Positions 1 to 9,290 of a DNA stretch of 64,000 bases are shown in pieces. Source of the stretch: an uncultured Candidatus Saccharibacteria bacterium (GTDB taxonomy: Bacteria > Patescibacteriota > Minisyncoccia > Minisyncoccales > JANBVM01); assembly GCA_964493485.1 (NCBI GenBank), contig CAZBMQ010000002.1:45335-109334 (forward strand). Direction: 5' to 3'. The notes under the pieces were generated by a model that saw only the letters and a program-made list of their open reading frames with translations, did no database searches and was not told where the DNA came from. Within the stretch, counting starts at the first letter, position 1. Each line of letters starts with the position of its first letter. A program made the position numbers and the translations under genes.

Positions 1-1244
1 CCTAAAATTGTAATCAATGATAAAAAAGGAATAATAAAAAGATTAACAAAAGGTCCTACCAATGGAATTTGACCAAAATTATAAATCAAGACAGGAAGAG
101 TAAAAAATTGTGCAGCTAGTGTAGAAGACAAACTATATCTTATTTCCAATGTCTTTGGAAGTTTTTTAAACAAATTTAAAAATATAGGTTGAAGATAAAC
201 TAATCCTAATACTGCCAAGAAAGAAAGCTGAAAACCTATATCTGATTTTAAAAGTAAAGGATTAAACCACAACATTAAAACTGCCGAAAAAATAACTGCT
301 CTAAAACCATTAGAAATCCTTCCAAAATATTGAGCTGTTAAAAGAAGAATACCCATAATCCCAGCTCTCACGCCAGAAGCTGGAGCTCCAATAATTAAAA
401 CATAAAGTAAAATGAAAATCACAGAAAGATAAAACGCCTGGTTCCTCCAAAAGCCTAAAAACAAAAAGAAGTTTAAAATTAAAACAGAAATAATTGTAAT
501 ATTCATTCCAGAAACAGCAGCTATATGACGAGTCCCTGTAAGATTAAATTTCTCCTTCCATTCTTTTGAAATATTTTCTTCATCTCCAAAAATCAATGCT
601 TCTAATAATCCTGCCTGAGGCATAGGAAGTATTTTGTTTATACTCTTTTTCAAAGTGTTTTTTAAAAAGAATAAGGTTTTTAAAAATTGATTTCCAGAAT
701 TCTTACTGAGTAATTCTATTTTGGGAATATCCATTACAGCATATATTTTATCTTTCGCTAAATACTCTTTATAATTGAAGTCATTAAAAACCTTTGGTTC
801 TTTTAACTCTCCTGTAATCTTCAACCTATCTCCATACTCATATTCAGGATATTTCCAGTAGGTTACTAAAACCCTCTCTTTTTTAGTTGAAAATTCCTTC
901 TTTCCTATCTGCAATACTCTAATCTTTAATTTTCTTGTTTTCTCTCTTGTTATAGGCAAATTATCGACAATTCCTATTATACTTATATCTTTTTTGCCTA
1001 TATATTCTTTAAGAAGGTTGTTCTCTGCTGTAAAAACTGCTTTTTGATGAAGCCATGCAGCAAAGATGAAACTTAAAACACAAAGAGCAATTATAATGAA
1101 CTCTTTGTTTTTCCTAAAAGGAATGATAAGAAAAAATCCAGAAATTAATAAAAGAGGGAGTTGAAAAATAGAAATAAAAGAATCAAAAAAAATCCCTCCT
1201 ATAAAAGAGAGACAAATGCACAATAATGCTTTAGATTTTGTCAT
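1..1244 (-). CDS. comEC: ComEC/Rec2 competence membrane protein, N-terminal part (gene continues past the left window edge)
   Basis: Absent from the ORF track because there is no stop in the window. My minus-strand translation from ATG at 1244..1242 reads MTKSKALLCICLSFIGG..., followed by a polytopic region with ComEC-type blocks GTRHIAAVSGMNI and GAPASGVRAGIMG. Confidence 0.7.
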   Translation of the reverse strand, partial: MTKSKALLCICLSFIGGIFFDSFISIFQLPLLLISGFFLIIPFRKNKEFIIIALCVLSFIFAAWLHQKAVFTAENNLLKEYIGKKDISIIGIVDNLPITREKTRKLKIRVLQIGKKEFSTKKERVLVTYWKYPEYEYGDRLKITGELKEPKVFNDFNYKEYLAKDKIYAVMDIPKIELLSKNSGNQFLKTLFFLKNTLKKSINKILPMPQAGLLEALIFGDEENISKEWKEKFNLTGTRHIAAVSGMNITIISVLILNFFLFLGFWRNQAFYLSVIFILLYVLIIGAPASGVRAGIMGILLLTAQYFGRISNGFRAVIFSAVLMLWFNPLLLKSDIGFQLSFLAVLGLVYLQPIFLNLFKKLPKTLEIRYSLSSTLAAQFFTLPVLIYNFGQIPLVGPFVNLFIIPFLSLITIL

Positions 1245-1250
1245 TAAAAA

Positions 1251-1961
1251 TTATCTTATTTGGCAGATGTCAAAAAACGGTGCAATCGCTTTTTGAATTT
1301 CTAATAAATACTCATTAGGATAAGGTCTTATATTTTGAAAACTCGAATCAATTGTTTTCTCGGCTCTGAAGTTTTGTAGGAAATATTTAGGGGCTGGTTT
1401 TATCCAATGCACAATCTTTAAAATGTCTTCTTTTTCTAATAAGCCCGGCACCACAGTAGTTCTAAATTCAAAATCAATCTTAGAATTTTTTAAAATCTCT
1501 ACACTTTTTTCAATATTCTTCATCATTCTGTTGCTCCAGCATTTTGGCATTCCAACAATCTCTCCATACTTTTCTTTTGGGCCCTTTATATCCATTGCCA
1601 CATAATCTATAAGTTTTTTATCTATTAATTCTTTCAACATCGCAGGATTCGAACCATTAGTATCAAGTTTTACCAAATATCCATTTTTTTTAATCTTTCT
1701 TGCGAAAGCCGGCAATTCTTTATTAAGAGTAGGCTCTCCTCCACAGATTACTACACCTTCTAATAACCCTTTTCTGTCTTTCAAAAAACTGAAAAATTCT
1801 TTTTGTGATATTTTGGGCTGATTTTTAATTTTCTCTGGCAATACAAGTTCTGAAGAATAGCAAAATGGACAACGAAAACCACACCCTACAAGAAAAACAG
1901 TGGCCGCTAAGCGACCAGGGAAATCAATAAGGGTTAATTTTTGAAGCCCACCTATCTGCAT
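1251..1961 (-). CDS. nrdG: Anaerobic ribonucleotide reductase activating protein (radical SAM)
   Basis: Radical-SAM Cys cluster CGFRCPFC near the N-terminus; about 236 aa; immediately downstream of nrdD on the same strand. Confidence 0.9.
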   Translation of the reverse strand: MQIGGLQKLTLIDFPGRLAATVFLVGCGFRCPFCYSSELVLPEKIKNQPKISQKEFFSFLKDRKGLLEGVVICGGEPTLNKELPAFARKIKKNGYLVKLDTNGSNPAMLKELIDKKLIDYVAMDIKGPKEKYGEIVGMPKCWSNRMMKNIEKSVEILKNSKIDFEFRTTVVPGLLEKEDILKIVHWIKPAPKYFLQNFRAEKTIDSSFQNIRPYPNEYLLEIQKAIAPFFDICQIR

Positions 1962-1968
1962 AAACTTA

Positions 1969-4119
1969 TTATACTTTTAGTTTCAAATTATTAACTTTAA
2001 TTTTAGGGGGAACTTCTTTAACCCTGTACTCTTTTCTTTCTTTAAATTCTTGTTGCTTTCCAAGATTCCATTGCTGAACTGGCCTCAAATAACCAACGAT
2101 TCTTGAATAAACCTCACATGGTTGTTCAATAGTACATTTTGGACAGTAAAAATGCTCTCCTGATAAATATCCATGCACAGGACATATTGAAAAGGTAGGA
2201 GTAATAGTAATGTAGGGTAAATGGAAGTTTTCAAAAACCTTCCTCACTAAATTTTTAACATTTTGAATATCGTAAAGTCTTTCCCCTAAAAATAAATGTA
2301 AAACAGTGCCTCCTGTATATTTGCACTGTAATTTATCTTGTAGCTTTAATGCCTTAAATGCATCTACAGTGTAATCGACAGGAAGATGGGTAGAATTGGT
2401 GTAATAAGGAACCTTTTTTGTACCGGCTGTAATTATATCAGGAAACCTCTCTTTATCTTTAAGAGCAAACCTGAAGCTTGTGCTTTCGGCAGGAGTTGCT
2501 TCAAGGTTATAAATATTGCCTGTTTCTTCTTGATATTCTACTAGTCTATCTCTCATGAAGTCCATTACTTCTAAAGCAAACCTTCTTCCCCGTCTTGAAG
2601 CAATATTTTCACCTATAAAATTCAAAAGTGCCTCATTCATTCCTACTAATCCTATTGTTGAAAAATGGTTTGCGTAATATCTGTTTCTCATCTTCTTTAC
2701 ACCCTCTAGGTAATATTTTGAATAAGGATACAGTCCCTTTTCTATTAAATTCTCTAATACTTTTCTCTTTATCTCTAAACTTTCCTTTGCTAAATCCATC
2801 ATTTTTGTCAATCTCTTGAAAAATTCTCTCTTTGTTTTAGATAAATAACCTATCCTGGGGAGATTAATGGTTACTACTCCTATACTGCCTGTTAGAGAGC
2901 CTGAACCAAACAACCCTCCTCCTCCTCTATTGTGAAGCTCTTTTAAATCAAGACGAAGTCTACAGCACATCGAACGAACATCCTCAGGCTTCATTTCAGA
3001 ATTTATATAATTTGCAAAATAATTAGTCCCGTATTTTGCTGAAGCTTCAAAAACCAAATCAAATACAGGATCGTCCCAAGGAAAATCTTTGGTAATGTTA
3101 ATAGTGGGTATTGGAAAATGAAATGGTCTCCCGCTCTTATCTCCCTCGAGGATAACCTCATAAAAAGCCTTATCAAAAATTTTCATTTCTTCCTCAAATT
3201 CTTGATAGGTTTCCTTTTGAGGTTTTCCACCAATAATAACGGGCTGTTTAGCAAAAGCAGGAGAAGGCCTAAGATCCAATGTAATATTGGTAAAGGGACA
3301 TTGAAAGCCTACGCGAGTAGGCACAGCCATATTATAAAGAAATTCCTGAAGAGATTGCTTTACTTGCTGATAACTTAGATTGTCATATCGAATAAATGGA
3401 GCTAAAAGCGTATCAAAATTAGAAAAGGCGACAGCACCTGCTACTTCGCCTTGAAGGGTATAGAGAAAGTTTACAACTTGCCCCAATGCTACCCTGAAAT
3501 GCTTTGGCGGTCTTGACTCTACTTTTCCAGGAACTCCGCCAAACCCCCTTAGTAAAAGATCATAAAGATCCCAACCCATACAATAACACCCTAAGGTGTC
3601 CAGGTTGTGAATATGTAAATCTCCTGCTTCGTTTGCTTCTCTAACTTCTTTTGGATAAATTTTATTGAGCCAATATCTTTTAATAATATATGAAACTCCA
3701 TAATGGTTTAGTCCTTGAAGAGAAAAAGCCATGTTGGCGTTTTCTTGAACCTCCCAATCCAGTCTTCCTAAATATTGATCAATTCTCTCCACTGCTTCCT
3801 CACTAACCACAACAGCCTCTCTTATTCTTCTTCTTTGTTCTCTGTAAAGAATATATGCTTTAGCTGTATCAACCAATCCTTCTAAAATTAAAACCTCTTC
3901 GATAATATCTTGAATCTGTTCTACTGTAGGAATTTCGTTTTCCTTAAATCGTCTGTTTAGAATCCTCACTACCTTATTTGAAAGTCTTTTTGATTTTTTT
4001 CCATCTCCTTGCCCTGTGGCAGTAATAGCTTTAAAAATAGCGTCTGAGATTCTTGATTGATCGAAGTCTACAATAGTTCCATCTCTTTTTTGAACCTTAG
4101 TAATTTTATTCAATGGCAT
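1969..4119 (-). CDS. nrdD: Class III (anaerobic) ribonucleoside-triphosphate reductase
   Basis: N-terminal ATP-cone (VQKRDGTIVDFDQSRISDAI), C-terminal zinc site CPVHG...CPKC, and glycyl-radical loop SRIVGYLRP. Confidence 0.95.
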   Translation of the reverse strand: MPLNKITKVQKRDGTIVDFDQSRISDAIFKAITATGQGDGKKSKRLSNKVVRILNRRFKENEIPTVEQIQDIIEEVLILEGLVDTAKAYILYREQRRRIREAVVVSEEAVERIDQYLGRLDWEVQENANMAFSLQGLNHYGVSYIIKRYWLNKIYPKEVREANEAGDLHIHNLDTLGCYCMGWDLYDLLLRGFGGVPGKVESRPPKHFRVALGQVVNFLYTLQGEVAGAVAFSNFDTLLAPFIRYDNLSYQQVKQSLQEFLYNMAVPTRVGFQCPFTNITLDLRPSPAFAKQPVIIGGKPQKETYQEFEEEMKIFDKAFYEVILEGDKSGRPFHFPIPTINITKDFPWDDPVFDLVFEASAKYGTNYFANYINSEMKPEDVRSMCCRLRLDLKELHNRGGGGLFGSGSLTGSIGVVTINLPRIGYLSKTKREFFKRLTKMMDLAKESLEIKRKVLENLIEKGLYPYSKYYLEGVKKMRNRYYANHFSTIGLVGMNEALLNFIGENIASRRGRRFALEVMDFMRDRLVEYQEETGNIYNLEATPAESTSFRFALKDKERFPDIITAGTKKVPYYTNSTHLPVDYTVDAFKALKLQDKLQCKYTGGTVLHLFLGERLYDIQNVKNLVRKVFENFHLPYITITPTFSICPVHGYLSGEHFYCPKCTIEQPCEVYSRIVGYLRPVQQWNLGKQQEFKERKEYRVKEVPPKIKVNNLKLKV

Positions 4120-4127
4120 GATATTCT

Positions 4128-4156
4128 ATTTTACTCTGACAAAAAAATTGGGTCAA
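4128..4156 (-). promoter_or_regulatory. Candidate sigma70-type promoter for nrdDG
   Basis: Minus strand reads TTGACC (4156..4151), 17 nt, TAAAAT (4133..4128), then 8 nt to the nrdD ATG. The -35 lies inside the ftsZ terminator hairpin. Confidence 0.5.
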
Positions 4157-4164
4157 ACCCAATT
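4141..4164 (-). terminator. Rho-independent terminator after ftsZ
   Basis: Minus strand reads AATTGGGT-TTG-ACCCAATT (8-bp stem) followed by TTTTT. Confidence 0.6.
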
Positions 4165-4205
4165 AATTTTAAAAGAAAATTAAAGTTATCCACAGGTCAA
4201 AAAAT

Positions 4206-5132
4206 CTAAAATCCTGTAATAATAACTGTCACTTTTATTTCTCCTTTTTTTAATTTTTCATCTTGAACAGCACCAAAAATCACCTTGGCTTTAGGATTAA
4301 TCTCTTTAGTAATAATTTTTCCTATCTCTTCTATCTCAGAAAGTGCAACATCCTCTCCTGAAACATTAAACAATATTCCCTTAGCTCCCCTGGGAGTTAA
4401 ATCAAGCAAAGGAGAATTTAAAGCTTGTATTACAGCTTCTTCTGCTCTCTTCTCTCCTCTGCTCTTGCCTATCCCAAATAAAGCGCTGCCTGAATTTTCC
4501 AAAATAGATTTTACATCAGCGAAATCAACATTAACTATTCCCGGAAGCAAAATCAAATCTGAGATCCCTTTTACTGCTTCTCTCAAAATATCATCACAAA
4601 GCCAAAACGCACTTAACAAAGGTGTATCTGGTTCAAGTGTATCTAATAACTTGTCATTCTTAATAATCACCAAAGCATCAACCTTACTTCTTAATGCTTC
4701 TTTGCTCACTTGCGCAATCCTTTTTCGGTAAGCCCCTTCAAATGAAAATGGAAGTGTGACAACAGCCACAGTTAAAATACCTAAACCTTTCGCAATATCA
4801 GCAATAATGGGAGCTGCCCCGCTACCTGTACCTCCACCTAATCCCCCTGTGATAAAAACCATATCTGCTCCTTGTAAAACTTCTCTAATCTCTTCTTTGC
4901 TTTGAAGAGCAGCTGCTTTTCCAATTTCTGGATTCATTCCTGTACCTAAGCCTTTAGTTATCTCGCCTCCGATCTGCAATTTCACATCAGCTTTTATTTT
5001 TTTCAAATCCTGAAAATCTGTATTCATGGCAATCAATTCCACTCCTTTTATCTTAGACTTTCTCATTCTAAAAATAGCGTTCCCTCCAGAACCCCCTACT
5101 CCTACTACTTTTATTTTTGTTGCTGAATTCAT
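4206..5132 (-). CDS. ftsZ: Cell division GTPase FtsZ (core only, 308 aa)
   Basis: Contains VVGVGGSGGNA and the tubulin signature GGLGGGTGSGAAP. The protein ends at VTVIITGF, which is the end of the globular core. Confidence 0.95.
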   Translation of the reverse strand: MNSATKIKVVGVGGSGGNAIFRMRKSKIKGVELIAMNTDFQDLKKIKADVKLQIGGEITKGLGTGMNPEIGKAAALQSKEEIREVLQGADMVFITGGLGGGTGSGAAPIIADIAKGLGILTVAVVTLPFSFEGAYRKRIAQVSKEALRSKVDALVIIKNDKLLDTLEPDTPLLSAFWLCDDILREAVKGISDLILLPGIVNVDFADVKSILENSGSALFGIGKSRGEKRAEEAVIQALNSPLLDLTPRGAKGILFNVSGEDVALSEIEEIGKIITKEINPKAKVIFGAVQDEKLKKGEIKVTVIITGF

Positions 5133-5139
5133 AAAACCT

Positions 5140-6351
5140 TTATGGAATAAAAATTCTTAATAGGTTTTTAACTTTAGAAAATACCCTTCTCCAGGAATCT
5201 AAGCCAGGTTTCTTTTTCTCTTCATCAGCTCCCATCAGCACTAAACCACATACAGTGGCTAGGCTTAAATCTCCATTTAGTCCTTCAATTCCTTTTGGTA
5301 TTCCTAAGCGCACAGGTAGATGAAATTTATTTTTGGCTAATTCTATAATCTTTGGCAATTTAGCTCCGCCTCCAGTCAAAACTATTCCTGCGGGCAAAAG
5401 TTTTTCTTTTGAAATCTTTTTCAATTCTTTATTAGCCTCTTCAAAAATCTCTGAGACCCTGTCTGTAATAACCTTAATTAAAAATTTTTGAGAAAACACC
5501 AAAGGAGTATCCTCTCCAATATTTATCTTTCTCTTTACATCTCTTCCTTTAAAAAGACAAGAGCCGTATTCAATTTTTACTCTTTCTGCAATATCAATAT
5601 CGGTTTTCAGAGCGATGGCTATATCATTAGTAATATTACTAGATCCCATAGGCAACACAGCAAAATGTATTAGATTTCCTTCTTCAAATACAGCTAAGCT
5701 AGTAATTCCTGCTCCTATATCTAAAAGACCAACCCCTAATTCTTTTTGTTTTTCTGTAAGCACTGATCTTGCTGCTGCTATAGAGGAAGGAATTATATCT
5801 AAAACTCCAAGATCAGCATCCAAAACAGCTTGTTTAGTATTTTCCAAATAAGGAGAAAATCCTGCTAGGGCTAAAACTTCAACTTCCAATCTTACTCCTT
5901 GAAGTCCAATAGGATCTTTAATACCTCTTTCTCCATCTACAATAAATTCTTTAGGAAAAACTTCAAAAATCTCTTTGTTGGAAGGTAAATTTATAGTTCT
6001 TGCGGCTTGCAAAACTCTTTGGATATCTTCTTCTGAAATTTTCTGATCCGCCCTAGAAACAGATACCAGCCCTCGGGAAGAAGTAGAAAATATATGACTC
6101 CCCTTCACATTCACATAAACTGAATTAATTTTTTGACCCAACTCTTGCTCAACCCTCCAAAAAAGTTTTCTTAAAATATTAGAAACTTTTTCAACACCTA
6201 TCACTGTTCCCCTTCTTACTCCATCTGAAGGCTCCTCTAACTTCAAAACTAAATTTAATCCAGTCTCGTTCTTTGAATCAACAGCAACTATCATTGCTTT
6301 TGTACTATATGTTCCAATGTCAACACCTGTTATTAATCTTTCTTTTGCCAT
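5140..6351 (-). CDS. ftsA: Cell division protein FtsA
   Basis: Actin-fold ATPase blocks (GVDIGTYSTKA, LLDIGAGITS, VLTGGGAKLP) and a C-terminal amphipathic tail WRRVFSKVKNLLRIF. Adjacent to ftsZ. Confidence 0.9.
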   Translation of the reverse strand: MAKERLITGVDIGTYSTKAMIVAVDSKNETGLNLVLKLEEPSDGVRRGTVIGVEKVSNILRKLFWRVEQELGQKINSVYVNVKGSHIFSTSSRGLVSVSRADQKISEEDIQRVLQAARTINLPSNKEIFEVFPKEFIVDGERGIKDPIGLQGVRLEVEVLALAGFSPYLENTKQAVLDADLGVLDIIPSSIAAARSVLTEKQKELGVGLLDIGAGITSLAVFEEGNLIHFAVLPMGSSNITNDIAIALKTDIDIAERVKIEYGSCLFKGRDVKRKINIGEDTPLVFSQKFLIKVITDRVSEIFEEANKELKKISKEKLLPAGIVLTGGGAKLPKIIELAKNKFHLPVRLGIPKGIEGLNGDLSLATVCGLVLMGADEEKKKPGLDSWRRVFSKVKNLLRIFIP

Positions 6352-6379
6352 TGGATATTGAGTATTGTTTATTATTAAT

Positions 6380-6802
6380 TTACCAGTTTATTTTTTTCAA
6401 ATAATATTCCTCTTTTTTTCTCATTTTCTCAGCCAACGCTTGCGATTTCTCATGGTCATAACCCAAGAGATGTAAAATCCCATGAATCAATACTCGAGCT
6501 AATTCTTTTTTGAATGAAGAATTAAACTCTTTAGCGTTTTTCTTCACTGTATGAGGACAAATAATAATTTCTCCTAAAATATTATTTTTTAAAATTTTAT
6601 CTTGATGAGAAAAAGCTAAAACATCAGTAGGATAATCTCTATTTAAATATTTTTTGTTCAATCTTTTCATTCTTACCAAACCAACAAACACAATAGATAA
6701 ATAAAAATCGCCCCTCTTTTCACTCTTTAAAACAAATTCTGAAATCCTTTTTAAAAATCTTTTGTTTAATCTTATAGAAGTAAAATTATTAATATCAATC
6801 AT
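6380..6802 (-). CDS. ybeY: rRNA maturation endoribonuclease YbeY
   Basis: Zinc motif HGILHLLGYDH; 140 aa. Confidence 0.9.
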   Translation of the reverse strand: MIDINNFTSIRLNKRFLKRISEFVLKSEKRGDFYLSIVFVGLVRMKRLNKKYLNRDYPTDVLAFSHQDKILKNNILGEIIICPHTVKKNAKEFNSSFKKELARVLIHGILHLLGYDHEKSQALAEKMRKKEEYYLKKINW

Positions 6803-7328
6803 AAGAAAGCATCTCTTTCACAATTTTTGAGACCAAACTTCCATCAGCCCTCCCTTTTATTTTTGGCATTAGGTTTGACATTACTCTCCCCATATCCTTA
6901 ATATCCTTTGCATCAATTTCTTCTATCACTTCTCTTGCCATTTTCTTTATCTCCTCTTCAGAAAGCTGCTCAGGTAAATACCTCTTCAAAACCTCAATCT
7001 CCTCTTTTTCTTTCTTTACTAAATCCTCTCTTTCTCCTTTTTCAAAACTCAAAATTGCCTCCTTGCTTTTTTTTATTTTAGAAAGAATCACCTGTAGAAT
7101 TTCTTCATCTGTAAGAGAACTCTCTTTTTCTAACTCTTCTTCAGTTAACTCAGGCTTCTCTTTGCTTAAATTATACCTTTTTTCTTTCTCTTTATTAAGA
7201 ATATCTGCCCTTAACATCCTTAACACAGAAATCTCTATCTCTTTCCTTTCTTTCATCGCCTGCTTAAAATCTGTTTCGATTTTTTCTTTTAACATATTAA
7301 AAAATAAAATCTTTGGCAGTGCCACCAA
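6795..7328 (-). CDS. yqeY: GatB/YqeY domain protein
   Basis: YqeY-like helical protein (LKEKIETDFKQAMKERKEIEISVLRML ... KDMGRVMSNLMPKIKGRADGSLVSKIVKE). The likely true start is the internal Met at 7295. Confidence 0.8.
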   Translation of the reverse strand: MVALPKILFFNMLKEKIETDFKQAMKERKEIEISVLRMLRADILNKEKEKRYNLSKEKPELTEEELEKESSLTDEEILQVILSKIKKSKEAILSFEKGEREDLVKKEKEEIEVLKRYLPEQLSEEEIKKMAREVIEEIDAKDIKDMGRVMSNLMPKIKGRADGSLVSKIVKEMLSYD

Positions 7329-7337
7329 AGATGAGAA

Positions 7338-7559
7338 TTATTTAATCTTCAATCCTAACTTCTCCATTCTCTCATATTCCCTTCTTTTCTCCTCTCTTCG
7401 TAATGCTGCTCTTTTTTTTAACTGTCTTGATTTCTTTCTTTCCTTGTATTGGGCTTTTCTTACCCTAAGCAAAATTCCGCTTTGTTTTACTCTTTTTGAA
7501 AAGCGGCGAACTAAACTCTGTGGATTTTCTTTTTCTTTTCTTTTTACTATTAAAGCCAT
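7338..7559 (-). CDS. rpsU: 30S ribosomal protein S21
   Basis: 73-aa highly basic protein with an S21-like pattern, SLVRRFSKRVKQSGIL...RKAQYKERKKSR. Confidence 0.9.
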   Translation of the reverse strand: MALIVKRKEKENPQSLVRRFSKRVKQSGILLRVRKAQYKERKKSRQLKKRAALRREEKRREYERMEKLGLKIK

Positions 7560-7592
7560 TTGTTTAGTTTTAACTTAAATAATGTTTATTAA

Positions 7593-7949
7593 TTAAGGCA
7601 TACCGGGGATATCTCTTTCTTTTGCACTTTTCCACCCTCCTAAAAGGTGCAAATGCAAATGATCTATCATTTGACCTCCTCCTCTGCCTACATTAAATAC
7701 TAGTTTATAACCTTTTTTATCTAACTTTACTATTTTTGCAACTTTTTTTGCAAGTAAAAATAACTCTCCCACTAAATCCTTATGTCTTTTTGTCAAGTGA
7801 TTAACTGAAATTATATGCCTCTTAGGAACAATCAAAATATGAATAGGGGCTTTGGGCTTAATATCCTTAAAAACAATAAACCCCTTATCTTCATAAATTA
7901 TTTCAGATGGAATATCTCCTTTTATAATCTTGCAAAATATACAATTCAT
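7593..7949 (-). CDS. HIT family nucleotide hydrolase
   Basis: Histidine triad HLHLHLL near the C-terminus and an N-terminal CIFCKI motif. Confidence 0.85.
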   Translation of the reverse strand: MNCIFCKIIKGDIPSEIIYEDKGFIVFKDIKPKAPIHILIVPKRHIISVNHLTKRHKDLVGELFLLAKKVAKIVKLDKKGYKLVFNVGRGGGQMIDHLHLHLLGGWKSAKERDIPGMP

Positions 7950-7963
7950 AACATTTTAGATTA

Positions 7964-9271
7964 TTACTTCTTTATAAGTTTTTTTACTTCTTTCACAATC
8001 TTATCTAGCTTCACCTCTCTTTGTTTGCCTGTAGCCATATGTCTTATTATTATGGTTCCTTGCAATGCTTCTTTTTGTCCAAAAATTAAACTATATTTAA
8101 CTCCCATCTTATCTGCTATCTTCAACTGTGCCCTTAAAGAATCACGACCCAATGATTCTAAAATAGGTAATCTTTCTTTTCTAAATTCTTCCATTAGCTT
8201 TAAAGACTTTCTTTTTGCTAAACTTCCTAATTGTGCTAAGAAAATTTCAGGTTTTACTTCTTTTGAAACTTTTACCCCTCTTTTTTTCATCCATAAAACA
8301 ATTCTCTCTATACCACCGGAACCTCCTACTGCAAAAGTTGGTTTTCCTCCTAACACTTTAACTAAATTATCATATCTGCCTCCACCTCCTAAAGCACTAG
8401 GCTTCACTTCTTCCACACCCTCCTTTTTCGCATCTTTATCCTCTGGAAAATTAGGAAAAATCTCAAATACTGTTCTTGTATAATAATCTAAACCTCTTAC
8501 TAAATAAGGATTTAAATGATATGGTATTTCAAGTTCGTCCAAAATCTCAAGAAACTCTTTAAAATGTTGATGACAATTCTGACAAAGATGATCTATTATT
8601 TGAGGAGCTTGAGAAACTATCCGTTGGCACTTTTCTTCTTTGCAGTCTAAAATCCTTAAAGGATTTTCTTTTATCCTTCTTCGGCAATTAACACATAAAC
8701 TGTTCGCTCTTGATTTCAAATAGTTGACTAAAAGTTTTTTATAATATGGCCTGCAACAACTTGCTCCAATACTGTTAACCTCAATAATTAAATCTTTTAA
8801 TTTCAGCTTTGTTAAAATATTATAAAAAATCTGAACAATCTCCGCGTCCCTTATCGGACTCTCTTCTCCTATAGTCTCTAAACCAAATTGCCAGAACTGA
8901 CGGAATCTTCCAAACTGGGGTTTTTCGTAGCGAAAGAATGGTCCAAAATACCAGAGCTTTACTGGCTTTAAAAGAGCGTGCATTCCATGCTGAAGATATG
9001 CTCTCACTACTGAAGCTGTGCCTTCTGGTCTTAATGTTAAATGATCTCCTCCTTTGGTTTTGAGAGAAAACATTTGTTTTTGAACCACGTCTGTAGTCAC
9101 CCCCACCCCTTTGGAAAAAAGCTCTGTCTCTTCCAAAATCGGAGTCTCTATCTTTTCAAAATGATAAAAAGTAGCAATTTCATTAACGACATTATATATT
9201 TTCTGAAAATATTTCTGATCCTCACCAAGGATATCGTGCATTCCTGTTGGAGATTGAAATTTAATCCTCAT
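7964..9271 (-). CDS. hisS: Histidyl-tRNA synthetase
   Basis: Class II aaRS with HisRS blocks (GMHDILGED, LRPEGTASVVRAY, GGGGRYDNL) and a C-terminal anticodon-binding domain. Confidence 0.95.
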   Translation of the reverse strand: MRIKFQSPTGMHDILGEDQKYFQKIYNVVNEIATFYHFEKIETPILEETELFSKGVGVTTDVVQKQMFSLKTKGGDHLTLRPEGTASVVRAYLQHGMHALLKPVKLWYFGPFFRYEKPQFGRFRQFWQFGLETIGEESPIRDAEIVQIFYNILTKLKLKDLIIEVNSIGASCCRPYYKKLLVNYLKSRANSLCVNCRRRIKENPLRILDCKEEKCQRIVSQAPQIIDHLCQNCHQHFKEFLEILDELEIPYHLNPYLVRGLDYYTRTVFEIFPNFPEDKDAKKEGVEEVKPSALGGGGRYDNLVKVLGGKPTFAVGGSGGIERIVLWMKKRGVKVSKEVKPEIFLAQLGSLAKRKSLKLMEEFRKERLPILESLGRDSLRAQLKIADKMGVKYSLIFGQKEALQGTIIIRHMATGKQREVKLDKIVKEVKKLIKK

Positions 9272-9290
9272 AATAATTTATAGGCACGCA

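Noticed and set aside
4186-4196. Replication origin (oriC), suggested by perfect DnaA boxes.
   Set aside because: These are isolated single boxes about 20 kb apart. There is no cluster, no AT-rich unwinding element pattern, and no dnaA/dnaN nearby. I treated it as a possible regulatory motif instead.
7063-8483. Long plus-strand ORFs from the track (7063..7578, 171 aa; 7815..8483, 222 aa), and similar ones at 4285..4731, 50580..50918, 54536..54904, 61037..61408 and others.
   Set aside because: They lie antisense to well-supported genes (yqeY/rpsU, HIT/hisS, ftsZ, polX, UPF0104, greA). They are Ser/Leu/Phe/Ile-rich low-complexity shadows typical of AT-rich DNA and have no motifs.
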